This document shows, in pieces, positions 8,369 through 17,998 of a stretch of DNA of 64,000 bases. Source of the DNA: a virus; IMG/VR virus record IMGVR_UViG_3300023110_001773, positions 32,001 through 96,000 of that record, one strand, 5' to 3'. Under the pieces are notes generated by a model. It was given only the letters and a program-made list of their open reading frames with translations, ran no database searches and was not told the origin of the DNA. The position numbers and the translations under genes are program-made. Position 1 is the stretch's first letter; each line of letters begins with the position of its first letter.

Positions 8369-8869
8369 TCAAACACTTAGAAATTTTTTGCTTTTGTAGA
8401 GGGAAAAAACCTCTTCTAGAGGCAGATCAAACCAGATTTGGGCCTGATATCGGTCATAATCGGTATTATTATTGACACCATGCAATTTTGTAGTATCAAA
8501 GGCATAACAGTCTCTCCATGATATATTGATTGTACGGTGATCATCGGGGTCATACATGGTGCAAGGAGCATAGTTGTCTGACTTGGGCATCAAAGGAAAG
8601 ACAACGCTGGTTGGTCTTTTGTGGGATGGATTGTCCACATGAGGGACAACTTCATCACCAGACTTGATTCTCATTAGAGAAATCATTGTTGGTTTGACTT
8701 GATACTTGGCAGAAATCTCTTGCACAAAATCGTAATCCCAAATCACAGCAATATCTAAGTGAGTATCGTCACCACCAGTAGTGTGGTCGAAAAAGGAGTG
8801 TCTGCCAAGTTCAAGGAAAAGGTGTTTTTGTCTTTGTGTCAAAGAGTCTTCAATATCAAAATATAACAA
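8369..8869 (-). CDS. 2OG-Fe(II) oxygenase / cupin-like protein
   Basis: PHVD (HxD) ... AFDTTKLHGV ... DR jelly-roll pattern. Confidence 0.6.
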   Translation of the reverse strand: MLYFDIEDSLTQRQKHLFLELGRHSFFDHTTGGDDTHLDIAVIWDYDFVQEISAKYQVKPTMISLMRIKSGDEVVPHVDNPSHKRPTSVVFPLMPKSDNYAPCTMYDPDDHRTINISWRDCYAFDTTKLHGVNNNTDYDRYQAQIWFDLPLEEVFSLYKSKKFLSV

Positions 8870-9196
8870 TTATTTACCTTTACTAAAAGCCTGTGCGCCA
8901 AAGAAAGCGGCAACAATACCAGCAACAGCAACAAAATAAGTAGGTGCCATGTCGCCAAGAGTACCTTGTGCTTGATCAAGACCGGCGAGAGAAGCAATAA
9001 CCACTGCAAACGGGTAAAGCAACATTCCAAAGAGGGCAAACCAAGCCATCTTTCGTTGACTGTCTCGCATGGCATCCTGATCTTCAAGTTCTTTCCTCTT
9101 GAATTCCATGTACATCGCATGTTCTTCTGCGCTTACTTTACCATCACCGTTGGTGTCGGCTGGATGAAATTCTTTACTCGTTGTTTCTTCCGTCAT
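8870..9196 (-). CDS. Putative holin with N-terminal EF-hand loop
   Basis: Two TM segments, basic C-terminus, adjacent to spanins; DTNGDGKVSAEE loop. Confidence 0.6.
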   Translation of the reverse strand: MTEETTSKEFHPADTNGDGKVSAEEHAMYMEFKRKELEDQDAMRDSQRKMAWFALFGMLLYPFAVVIASLAGLDQAQGTLGDMAPTYFVAVAGIVAAFFGAQAFSKGK

Positions 9197-9593
9197 CTGT
9201 AACTTCCTCTTTAGGTTCTTCATCATTTGAAGTCACAGTACGATAATATATAATCACTTCTCTAGTTTCTTTTACAAACCTCTTGATTTCTTGGAGGTTG
9301 TAAGCCATTAGTTCGTAATCGCCTGGGGTCATTGCAAAGAATACACCGCCAGTTTCTTTTTGAATTCGCTGCATGAACTCTTCGATATTCTTTTCAGACA
9401 CCACATACCAATTGGGGTCTTTCATGTCGATGGGTCTCGGCATGACGGGATGCTGAATTGGAATCTTCATCTCGACAGTTCTAATTTCAACTTCTCTGGG
9501 CGCCTGTTTCATCAGCGCACATCCACTAAGGATCAGGATCGAAGTCGTAATTACTGTCGCTTTCCAAACTGTCGAAAACTTCTTTGGTAGCAT
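9174..9593 (-). CDS. Outer-membrane spanin (o-spanin) lipoprotein
   Basis: LILSGC lipobox, Pro-rich segment, overlaps the i-spanin 3' end. Confidence 0.7.
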   Translation of the reverse strand: MLPKKFSTVWKATVITTSILILSGCALMKQAPREVEIRTVEMKIPIQHPVMPRPIDMKDPNWYVVSEKNIEEFMQRIQKETGGVFFAMTPGDYELMAYNLQEIKRFVKETREVIIYYRTVTSNDEEPKEEVTDDGRNNE

Positions 9594-9909
9594 TATTAAC
9601 TCTCGGTTCTATTAAGCCTGGTTTTGCAGCGGCCAGTTTAGACAAATCATGTCTACGAAAAATATCCAAATACCGATCTCTTTCAGCAATAATCTCTGCA
9701 TTTTTGGATGTCAAATCCATGAGAGCCTGTGCTTGCAATTGGTACTGACTATTCATTTTATCTATGGTTTCATCTTGGGTTTGAGTCTTGAGTTCCAACG
9801 CCATGTTGTATTCTCTCAACTCAATGAGCTCAGCTTGGGTCTGGGTGTAGTAGAGATACCCTACCGCACCGCCCGCAAGAATGACACCAAATAGTATTTT
9901 ACTAAACAT
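9526..9909 (-). CDS. Inner-membrane spanin (i-spanin)
   Basis: N-terminal TM, coiled coil, AAKPGLIE motif; late promoter TATAAATA at 9915-9922. Confidence 0.7.
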   Translation of the reverse strand: MFSKILFGVILAGGAVGYLYYTQTQAELIELREYNMALELKTQTQDETIDKMNSQYQLQAQALMDLTSKNAEIIAERDRYLDIFRRHDLSKLAAAKPGLIEPRVNNATKEVFDSLESDSNYDFDPDP

Positions 9910-9917
9910 AATTATAT

Positions 9918-11306
9918 TTATAATTTAATTGAACCTAAGTTAGCACGAGAACCGAAATCGGTTTTATCAAAGATTGGTTCGTCTGGAATGGATTGTCCAG
10001 AGTCGTGGATACCATCTTGTGCCGCTTCATCGAGATCATACAATCTCATTTTAGCACGATCAACACCAATCATGAATCGTTTGTTGCGAGTAGGATCACT
10101 GTAACGATTCTTCAACTGTTTCACCATGATATGACCCTGTTGTTCCAACTCTTCGGTGGAAATTAGGGCAAACATCAAGTCTGCGGTTGCGGGGAGACCA
10201 AAAGATTCTGAAGTATCTGTCAGATCAACATCACTGTTGTTGTATCCACCACGGGTTGTCTGTGTTGCAGTGACAATCGGCACATCAAACTCAACAGCAA
10301 GTCCACGCATTTCTTCTGCAATGCTCTTGACAATGGTGTAGGAATTCGCACCAACATTTCCACGGAGTCTTTGACTCACACAGATATTTAGGTAGTCAAC
10401 ATAGATGATGTCTGGGATGAAGTTCTGTTTGACTTTCAGTTCTTCAAGTAGTGTACGGAAGTGTCCAACGTGAGCAGAGGCAGTCGGATACTCTTTGATA
10501 ATCAAACGTCCATCGATCTTGTTCTTGATCTTTTCGACCCGATCATCAAACATTTTCTTAGACAGATCACGCAAGTCTGTGATTGGCACATTCATCATGT
10601 TGGCATCGATACGTTCTGCGATGCGTTCCTCTGCCATTTCCAGTGTGATATACAAAACATTCTTACTCTGTTCGATACAGGCTGCGGCACAGTGACACAT
10701 GAACAGAGACTTACCAACACCAGTACCAGCAAGTGCCACATTGAGAGTCTTGTTACTCAGTCCACCCTCGGTGATCCTGTTGAAGTAGTCAAGATCAAAT
10801 GGCAATTTCTCTTCTTCTCGGTGGTAAAAATCATATCGCATGTCAGCATCAGCAACATAATCATGACCAACGTGGTTATCAAATCCTACGCTGAGTGCAT
10901 CTGACAATATACTAGGCAAAGAATCTACGGTGTGTAGTTTGTCTTGACCATCGATGATTTGAATAGACTGCATGATGGCATTGTAAACTGCCTTATCCTT
11001 GCAAAACTTTTCTGACTGATCAACTAACCAATTCAAATCAGAAGAGACATTAGACAATCCATTGATAAGTTCTTCCGACTTGGCATACAAGTCTTCAGTA
11101 ATTTTTCTATTGTTTTGTAAAGAGATTAGTAGAGCATTTTTTGATGGACATGCATTGTACTTTTGAAAATGTTCGGCAATTGATGCAAACACTGTTCTAT
11201 GTTCTACATCAAGAAAGTAATCCTCTCTTAGAAATGCAATAACCTTTCGTGCATATTCCTCATCAAATATCAGATTCGATAATATTTCTGTCTCTAATCT
11301 CATCAA
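9918..11306 (-). CDS. 41: Replicative DnaB-like helicase
   Basis: AGTGVGKS Walker A, YITLEMAEE, IYVDYL, QLKNRY. Confidence 0.95.
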   Translation of the reverse strand: MMRLETEILSNLIFDEEYARKVIAFLREDYFLDVEHRTVFASIAEHFQKYNACPSKNALLISLQNNRKITEDLYAKSEELINGLSNVSSDLNWLVDQSEKFCKDKAVYNAIMQSIQIIDGQDKLHTVDSLPSILSDALSVGFDNHVGHDYVADADMRYDFYHREEEKLPFDLDYFNRITEGGLSNKTLNVALAGTGVGKSLFMCHCAAACIEQSKNVLYITLEMAEERIAERIDANMMNVPITDLRDLSKKMFDDRVEKIKNKIDGRLIIKEYPTASAHVGHFRTLLEELKVKQNFIPDIIYVDYLNICVSQRLRGNVGANSYTIVKSIAEEMRGLAVEFDVPIVTATQTTRGGYNNSDVDLTDTSESFGLPATADLMFALISTEELEQQGHIMVKQLKNRYSDPTRNKRFMIGVDRAKMRLYDLDEAAQDGIHDSGQSIPDEPIFDKTDFGSRANLGSIKL

Positions 11307-11445
11307 TAAATTCTCTCTTTACATCTTCCACACATGGTTCACATAAGTAAACCTTATCATCTGCACTATTAAAACATATTGCAGGATCATTGTCAAGGTC
11401 TATCGCAGTTTCACAACGATCACAATTCACTGTAGGCATCTTCAA
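11263..11445 (-). CDS. Small Zn-finger protein
   Basis: CDRC...CEPC; lies between uvsX and 41. Confidence 0.5.
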   Translation of the reverse strand: MKMPTVNCDRCETAIDLDNDPAICFNSADDKVYLCEPCVEDVKREFIDEIRDRNIIESDI

Positions 11446-12481
11446 TATCCTCCTCGGTTACCTCTGCTTGCATGATAGAATCAGAAGAGATTAGGTATCT
11501 CTGAGAAATCCATTCGACAAACGTATCGTCTTTCAAAATTGGTAACCAGAATTCTTTCTGATATGTTTCTTTGGTGCGATACTTCTTACTGTCATCGCCA
11601 TTTGCCGCAACTTGATACCATCCGTTACTGGGTTTCACAACATGACCAGATTCAAGTGCCATGTCCAGTAGACCAGACCACTTGCTGATACCACCTTCAA
11701 AAGAAACTTCGATTGGAATCTTAGACTTCTCTCTGACATAACGAGACTTCTCAACATTAATAATAAAGTTGTATCCCGTCAAATCTGTGCCCGTCTTTTC
11801 TTGTTGACGGCCAATAATATAGATGTTGTCGGCAGAGTAGTAGATACCTGTACCACCAGAGACGATATCTTTTGGGAACATACCAATCTCTTTGTAAGTA
11901 TGATTGACAACTACAGCAGGGATATCTTTCAGTGTCAAGTGAGGAGTGATCATACGGAACAGAGACTTCATCTGTTTAGCACGAGTCATATCAGCCACTG
12001 ACTTGCCATCAAGTGCATCTTCCACTTCCTTTTTAGATGCCAAGTTACCAACAGAGTCAACGATAATCATCACACGGTCACCCCGTTCGATGTTATTCAA
12101 CTGAGACATGGAGTCATGTTTCAACTGTTCGATGTCTGTGATTGGAGTATGTACAACTCGGTCAGTATCAATACCAAAAGATTGGAAGTAACCCTGAGGC
12201 GCACCAAACTCTGAATCATAGAACAGAATCACCGCATCATCATACTTGTCTAGATAAGACTTGGCAAGAAGCATAGCAAAGGCAGTCTTGAAGTGTTTGG
12301 AAGGCCCAGCGAACACCGTCAATCCTGGCGTAAGTCCACCATCAAGTTTACCAGAGAGTGCCACATTCAAAGCAGGCACAGATGTCTGGATCAAATCTTT
12401 CGTGTTGAAAAACTTGGAGTCAGTCAATACAGATGACTCTTTAATTGTGGAATTCTTTTTTAACTTATCAATCAAACTCAT
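11420..12481 (-). CDS. uvsX: RecA-like recombinase UvsX
   Basis: AGPSKHFKT, FYDSEFG, IIVDSVGNLASKKE. Confidence 0.95.
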   Translation of the reverse strand: MSLIDKLKKNSTIKESSVLTDSKFFNTKDLIQTSVPALNVALSGKLDGGLTPGLTVFAGPSKHFKTAFAMLLAKSYLDKYDDAVILFYDSEFGAPQGYFQSFGIDTDRVVHTPITDIEQLKHDSMSQLNNIERGDRVMIIVDSVGNLASKKEVEDALDGKSVADMTRAKQMKSLFRMITPHLTLKDIPAVVVNHTYKEIGMFPKDIVSGGTGIYYSADNIYIIGRQQEKTGTDLTGYNFIINVEKSRYVREKSKIPIEVSFEGGISKWSGLLDMALESGHVVKPSNGWYQVAANGDDSKKYRTKETYQKEFWLPILKDDTFVEWISQRYLISSDSIMQAEVTEEDIEDAYSEL

Positions 12482-14988
12482 AAAAATAATCCTTCTAATG
12501 TAGCAACTGGTTTTGTATTCCAGTTCAAACTTTCAACAATTGTATTTAGTGGGTCAAGAAATGCTTTCTGAAACTGGGTATCATAATCGATGTATCGATG
12601 GAGATCGAACTCCTTCGGCATCAGACCATTGAAACCGACACAATTTTCTCGGACATGATTTGGTTCCTTGAGATACAGATACTTAATCTTGTCACCATCT
12701 TGAATCAACTGATACTTCTTTTCAATCTTCTGGGTGCGAACAAGGTGATTATACACCAAAGCACCACGAACATGCATCGGAGTTCCTTTAGTGTAAACTG
12801 TTTCACGGGAAACATACTTATCAATGTTATTGCATCCACGAGGAAAGGCAATGTCTTCGGGAGGCATACTCTTAAACTTCTGCCATGTCTCTTCAACGTA
12901 GTCCTGCAACTCTTTTTCATCAGCACTGAGACACAGACTGACTGCCTCCTTCAACCAACTACGGACTGGTGCGGGAGTAGATGATCGAACAATCTCCAAC
13001 CCCATCACTTTTAGTTTGGGTTCCTTGTATCGGACACCTTCGTTGTCCCACACATTCATTGCATATCTTTTCTTCGCAACCCAAATGCCAGTGTCAGCAA
13101 TACCTTCACGTTTGAACACAATCTTCTTGTCAAATACATTCATGTAATCACCAAGTTCCTGCATCCGGCCATTGATAACTGGTTCAAGTTTCTGGTCAAC
13201 AAACTTGTCGAGGATGTCAATAATCTCATCGAATGGTTTGTCCTTCAGATGTTTCTCCACCATCGTATCCAGTGTCAAATAACAAGAGTCGGTGTCGGTG
13301 TAGAAAGAGTACACTTCATTATCTGTGCCAAGAAACTTGTTCATGAATTCATCAATTACCTTGGCAGTGTCACGGATAATCAACTGACCCGTCAAAGTAA
13401 TTGACTCTGCGATTCGCTCATCAAAGTATCGGAACCACTTGTTACCAATCGCACCAAAGAGAGAGTTCAACTGAATTTTTCTTGCCATCTGAAAGTTGTG
13501 ATACTTGGCAATGTCATTCTTGAGTTTAGGATTCTTTGTATCCTCATACTCTTGTTCTGCCTGTTTCATCAGTTTCTTATACCGTTGTCGGTCATCAAAA
13601 AACTTCTGAGTAATCTCTGCCATGAAACCCTGTTTGTCTTTTCGATAGAGATATCCATTAGCAGCCATGGACAACCCGCTATCTGCCAGTTTCAACTGAT
13701 GTTTCCGTTCCAAGATACTGTCCACGGTACAGTCAATTGGTTTGTGGTTTTCTGCAAGCATCTCGGGAGATAGATTGTGTTGCATGATGATAGAAGGATA
13801 CAGACTTGTAGCATCAACAGACACAACCCACTTGTATTTTCCTGTCTTGGGTTCTTGCACATAACCGCCTGGAAATCCCTTGGAGAAGTGTTCTTTCTTC
13901 TGGGGGATCATGATATTTTTTTCTAGCAGATGGTTATACAACAGGCAATCCCATGTACGCACTGAAGAAAAGATGTCGTTGTAATTACACTTACAGTCAT
14001 ATGCCATCGTGATAATCAACTCAAGGAACTTCATCTTATCATCAAGTTCGTCAACGAGTTTGGTATCGATGATGTTGTAGTCGATGAACCTGTTCCAATC
14101 ATTCTCATAAAACTCACGGAAAGTTTCAAACCCCGTGTCAAGTTTGTTCTTCCCAAGTTCTACTTCGGCAATGTAGTCGAGTCGGTAGGACTCTTGGAAA
14201 GTGTAAGTAAACTTTTTGTACAAATCCATGTAGTCCAGTTGGATCACACCCTTGATATCAATCTTCATGATCTCTCGGTTGTGTCCTCGCACCATACGTT
14301 TACGAGTCATGTTGTACGGACTGAGATTGTTCTTGGCATCATTGCCAAACACTCGGTCAATCCTGTTGACTAAGTATGGCATATCAAACTGTTCCATGTT
14401 CCATCCAGTAACAATGTCTGGATAATCACTTGCCCACCACTGCATGAATTGTTCTAGCAAATCATATTCATCACTGCAATAGTGATAGGTCACGGGCAGT
14501 CCTTCGACTTCTTCTGACACACACTTCCATTCACCAGAACCCCATGTATGGATTTCTTTGGTGGCATTGTCAATGACAGAGATAAGAAGAACCTCTTCGA
14601 TGGGGTTCTCTACATCTGGGAATCCGTGTTCGGCGGTTGTCTCAATATCGATGGACAAGATTTTCATTTGACTCATGTCAAATTCAATCGCACTTGGATA
14701 CATTGAAGAAAGGTATTGATAGGTCAGATCGGTCTGACCGTAGATAGGATAGTTTTCGATCTTAGAATAATTATCTAAGAATTCTTTACAGTCAGCATTG
14801 TCTCCGAAAGTAATTTCTTTCAGACTTTGACCGTCAATAGATTTAAATTGAGATGGTTCGGCAGACTTTACATAAAGTGTAGGGGCGAAGGGATGACGTT
14901 CCGTAAAACGCTTACCATTCCTCACGCCCCTAACTAAAATGGAGTTACCGTATTGCCATGCATAAGTGTAGAAGTTTTGAGACATCAA
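12478..14988 (-). CDS. 43: Family B DNA polymerase
   Basis: Exonuclease DIET; DATSLYPS, KIQLNSLFG, YTDTDS; uninterrupted. Confidence 0.97.
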   Translation of the reverse strand: MMSQNFYTYAWQYGNSILVRGVRNGKRFTERHPFAPTLYVKSAEPSQFKSIDGQSLKEITFGDNADCKEFLDNYSKIENYPIYGQTDLTYQYLSSMYPSAIEFDMSQMKILSIDIETTAEHGFPDVENPIEEVLLISVIDNATKEIHTWGSGEWKCVSEEVEGLPVTYHYCSDEYDLLEQFMQWWASDYPDIVTGWNMEQFDMPYLVNRIDRVFGNDAKNNLSPYNMTRKRMVRGHNREIMKIDIKGVIQLDYMDLYKKFTYTFQESYRLDYIAEVELGKNKLDTGFETFREFYENDWNRFIDYNIIDTKLVDELDDKMKFLELIITMAYDCKCNYNDIFSSVRTWDCLLYNHLLEKNIMIPQKKEHFSKGFPGGYVQEPKTGKYKWVVSVDATSLYPSIIMQHNLSPEMLAENHKPIDCTVDSILERKHQLKLADSGLSMAANGYLYRKDKQGFMAEITQKFFDDRQRYKKLMKQAEQEYEDTKNPKLKNDIAKYHNFQMARKIQLNSLFGAIGNKWFRYFDERIAESITLTGQLIIRDTAKVIDEFMNKFLGTDNEVYSFYTDTDSCYLTLDTMVEKHLKDKPFDEIIDILDKFVDQKLEPVINGRMQELGDYMNVFDKKIVFKREGIADTGIWVAKKRYAMNVWDNEGVRYKEPKLKVMGLEIVRSSTPAPVRSWLKEAVSLCLSADEKELQDYVEETWQKFKSMPPEDIAFPRGCNNIDKYVSRETVYTKGTPMHVRGALVYNHLVRTQKIEKKYQLIQDGDKIKYLYLKEPNHVRENCVGFNGLMPKEFDLHRYIDYDTQFQKAFLDPLNTIVESLNWNTKPVATLEGLFL

Positions 14989-15017
14989 TCATAACCAAAA
15001 TAATAAATCAAAGTAAC

Positions 15018-15046
15018 ATAGTATCACAACAGATGGTTAATGTCAA
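15018..15046 (-). promoter_or_regulatory. Sigma70-like promoter for gene 43
   Basis: TTGACA-17-TACTAT. Confidence 0.6.
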
Positions 15047-15049
15047 TCC

Positions 15050-15436
15050 CTATCCTTCAAATTTTGGTGTCCTAGAACTAGTAGAAGTAGCAGTGTGTTG
15101 GAACTTTGCTTCGTATTCCAACTTAATATCTGCCTTTGGTTCAAAGACATAATTTATTTGACCGTAGGGGACAAACAAAACCCCTTCACTAGCAGGAGAA
15201 CAAGGAACAAAGACTATTCTAAATACTCCCTCCCTATTCTTCTCGTCAGATTTATAGTGAATTTCAGCTGGGTTCTGAACCATCCATCGGTTACCCTCTT
15301 TATCATCGGAAAGATATCCAATGATATCTTGCGTACAACCCTGAAGTTTAATACCAATACTAACTGGTTTACTAGGAGGTTGTGGGGTTTCCACCACTTC
15401 TTCATTCAAATTTGCATCTACAATTTCTTCACTCAT
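15050..15436 (-). CDS. Hypothetical protein (possible Sm-like fold)
   Basis: DIIG...VQNPA...FVP...VFEP pattern; GGAG RBS. Confidence 0.55.
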   Translation of the reverse strand: MSEEIVDANLNEEVVETPQPPSKPVSIGIKLQGCTQDIIGYLSDDKEGNRWMVQNPAEIHYKSDEKNREGVFRIVFVPCSPASEGVLFVPYGQINYVFEPKADIKLEYEAKFQHTATSTSSRTPKFEG

Positions 15437-15452
15437 AACAATATAGTCTCCA

Positions 15453-15584
15453 TTAAGCTACAGTTTGTAGACCAACAACTGAATAAATCATTACTGCTAG
15501 AGTTCCCAAAACAAATACTGTTTCGGTTACCTGTTCACAGAATCGTCCATCACAATCCTTGGCCATTTGGATTAAAGTTTTCAT
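15453..15584 (-). CDS. 43-aa single-TM protein (not in ORF track)
   Basis: MKTLIQMAKDCDGRFCEQVTETVFVLGTLAVMIYSVVGLQTVA; GAGG RBS; overlaps the hsp20 stop. Confidence 0.5.
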   Translation of the reverse strand: MKTLIQMAKDCDGRFCEQVTETVFVLGTLAVMIYSVVGLQTVA

Positions 15585-16060
15585 TTTTCCTCTTTGAGAA
15601 ATTTTGGGTTAGACTTTTTGTTTACTAGGATTTCACGAGCCTTTTTCTCTTCGGGAATAATTTTTTGTAGAGTGATATTCAACATACCATCTACAAAGTC
15701 AGCACCAAGTACTTCTACATCTTCCGCTAGTGCGAAAGTGCGAGTGAAGTTTCTTGCGCCAATTCCTTTGTGGAGATATTCTCTCTTGTCTTCTCCACGA
15801 TCTTGAACACCTTGAACAATGAGTTTGTTGCCGGTGGGGACAACGTGGATATTGAATTCATCTTCAGTAAAACCAGCGCCGGCAATTTCTATGATGAAAT
15901 TTTCATCATCTACCCGAACGATATTGTAGGGGGGATAATTGTTGGCAACTTCACTACAGGTTACAAGGTTATCAAATACCGAGTCAAAACCAATAGTGAA
16001 TGGGCGATACTGATCCATAATTTTGTCGATGTCGGCGACACCAAATTTGCGTGTGACCAT
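15581..16060 (-). CDS. hsp20: Small heat shock protein (Hsp20/IbpA-like)
   Basis: YPPYNI, IEIAGAGF, YLHKGIGARNFTRTF, DGMLNI. Confidence 0.95.
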   Translation of the reverse strand: MVTRKFGVADIDKIMDQYRPFTIGFDSVFDNLVTCSEVANNYPPYNIVRVDDENFIIEIAGAGFTEDEFNIHVVPTGNKLIVQGVQDRGEDKREYLHKGIGARNFTRTFALAEDVEVLGADFVDGMLNITLQKIIPEEKKAREILVNKKSNPKFLKEEK

Positions 16061-16066
16061 AATAGT

Positions 16067-16111
16067 CTCCTTTTCAGCGAGTTTAAATTGCGTATCCCTT
16101 ACGGCGATACG
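16067..16111 (-). promoter_or_regulatory. ROSE-like RNA thermometer in the hsp20 5' UTR
   Basis: CUCGCU-GAAA-AGGAG hairpin hides the SD and has a bulged G; upstream GUAA-loop hairpin. Confidence 0.6.
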
Positions 16112-16143
16112 ATAATATATATAAGACTTCTTGCCTTATATAA

Positions 16144-16560
16144 TTATTTTTTCCTACCAATATTGTATTTAGTGACCAGAGTCCAATCGTTTTTCTCCTT
16201 GTAAGGCAGAATCTTGATCTGACTCATTGGTGCTAATTTTTCCTCTGCAATAGGACTGCAAAGTTCAATCAGACCCCAATCACTCAACAGTTTGGCAATC
16301 GAGTTTCTTCTCATCAAATCATTGTCACTGAGTTCAGCAGACTTACCATCAAGAGCAAAGAGCTCTTTGAAATGGGTGATAAAATACCTACCCTGCTTGT
16401 GCAAGATATGACAAGATTGATATAAGACTTTTTCTTTTTTGGATGCAACACCTATTCTAGATAGGGTTTCTCTCACTTTCAAAAAGTCATCATCATTTTT
16501 TAATTTTATTTCCACTGGAGTATAATCTGGAAAATTAATAGCAAAAAAATCTTCACTCAT
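16144..16560 (-). CDS. regA: Translational repressor RegA
   Basis: DDFLKVRETLSRIG, LYQSCHILHKQGRYFITHFKELF. Confidence 0.95.
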   Translation of the reverse strand: MSEDFFAINFPDYTPVEIKLKNDDDFLKVRETLSRIGVASKKEKVLYQSCHILHKQGRYFITHFKELFALDGKSAELSDNDLMRRNSIAKLLSDWGLIELCSPIAEEKLAPMSQIKILPYKEKNDWTLVTKYNIGRKK

Positions 16561-16615
16561 TTTAAAGTTACCTTCATAATTATTATTATTGTTTATGAAG
16601 ATTATTTATAAAATG

Positions 16616-17062
16616 CTAATTTTTCCCACCCTTATTTAATAGTTTAATAATAGACTGGAGGTCATCATCGGATAATATTCTCAGAGCCTCAATCGCCTTG
16701 GTATCAGTGTACCCAAAATATTCTTTCACGATCTCAACATTACTTTCCCGCTCGGGTTTGATCCACTTGTTAAATCGTTTTTTCTTACGAACTATACCGA
16801 TCAGGAAATCGTACTGCATCTTCTTATCTATGTGTGGTCTAGAATTCATTTCATTTGCCACATGTACAGTATCATTACCATGAGACAGAGACTTGTTTAC
16901 CAAAAATGGATTATACTGTTTCTCTGACCAATCATCTACAATCAGATTCTCTTTGGTATAAGTAATGCTGTTTGTAAAATCAAATGGACTAATAGACTTC
17001 TTCTTTGTCTGATAGTCCTCTGGATTGTAAGTTGGTTTGGGTGTTCCTAAATCTTCAAGCAT
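16616..17062 (-). CDS. 62: Clamp loader small subunit
   Basis: YNPFLVNKSLS, ANEMN, KKRFNKW, EYFGY; T4 synteny. Confidence 0.9.
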   Translation of the reverse strand: MLEDLGTPKPTYNPEDYQTKKKSISPFDFTNSITYTKENLIVDDWSEKQYNPFLVNKSLSHGNDTVHVANEMNSRPHIDKKMQYDFLIGIVRKKKRFNKWIKPERESNVEIVKEYFGYTDTKAIEALRILSDDDLQSIIKLLNKGGKN

Positions 17063-17204
17063 TTTTATCTACAACACTCACTTTGTATTTGACTGATAGT
17101 TTCTTTGCAGTGTCTATCCAGTAAGCACGCCACTGTGGATCAATGGTACGTTTACTAGCTTCCAGACAATTTTTTATTCTTTGTATCGCCAACTTTTTAC
17201 TCAT
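17055..17204 (-). CDS. Hypothetical 49-aa protein (not in ORF track)
   Basis: MSKKLAIQRIKNCLEASK...; overlaps both neighbours. Confidence 0.45.
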   Translation of the reverse strand: MSKKLAIQRIKNCLEASKRTIDPQWRAYWIDTAKKLSVKYKVSVVDKNA

Positions 17205-17998
17205 AACTTCACCTTGGAATAATCAAATGCGATGCGATGCAACACTCTATTCTCCATGTTGTCGCACTCCCACCTCTTGTGAATAGTCAACCACTGTTCA
17301 CTAATAACAACATCACCATCTTGCCAGTGATGATCGTACCTATACTTATCTTGCAATACATGTTCCTTCAACCAATCCATAGTTTCTTCAAACTGAGGTT
17401 GTTCATATTCTACTATACCAAATATCTGTAGGAAAGGAAAGTAAAGTCCAGTTTTTCCTGCTTCATTGGTATAGACTAATGGGAATGGTTTATCTGTAGC
17501 ATGATGTTCAATAAAAAAATCACTTTCAGAATACGAACCAGTTTTATATCCCAAGGTAATATGAAGTTTGTTGATTCTTTTTTTATCTTTGTCGGAAAGG
17601 TCTTCATATGCCTGTCGCATGTCAATCCAACTGGTACAACTACCAACAGTATCCTTGACACCATGCAACCAAATAAGTGGAGCACGATCATAACTGCTTG
17701 CCTGATTGGCATGCCAGTCAAGAGCAGAGGTGTGACCAAACAACCCAGGCTCGCCGTGTTGATTCTTCTCACCAGTGACCCGAATGATATGATCATTGAC
17801 TGCAATATGCTCACCACGTTCGCCTGGCTTGTTCTGCAACTGCTGACACTCACCAATCATTTGGCAAAACCTAACCTCATCATCTGGGGTTAGATTCTGA
17901 TTACGAAAGACAATCACACCGTGATCAAGAACTTCTTCTGCAATTGCATGTGCTACTGATTCGGTTGCTTTTGTTAAATCGTATTTTGCAAATCTCAT
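17201..17998 (-). CDS. TauD/TfdA-family Fe(II)/2OG dioxygenase-like protein
   Basis: HGVIVFRNQNL, WHAN, WIDMRQAYEDL, HHWQDGDVVI, IHKR, RVLHR. Confidence 0.8.
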   Translation of the reverse strand: MRFAKYDLTKATESVAHAIAEEVLDHGVIVFRNQNLTPDDEVRFCQMIGECQQLQNKPGERGEHIAVNDHIIRVTGEKNQHGEPGLFGHTSALDWHANQASSYDRAPLIWLHGVKDTVGSCTSWIDMRQAYEDLSDKDKKRINKLHITLGYKTGSYSESDFFIEHHATDKPFPLVYTNEAGKTGLYFPFLQIFGIVEYEQPQFEETMDWLKEHVLQDKYRYDHHWQDGDVVISEQWLTIHKRWECDNMENRVLHRIAFDYSKVKL

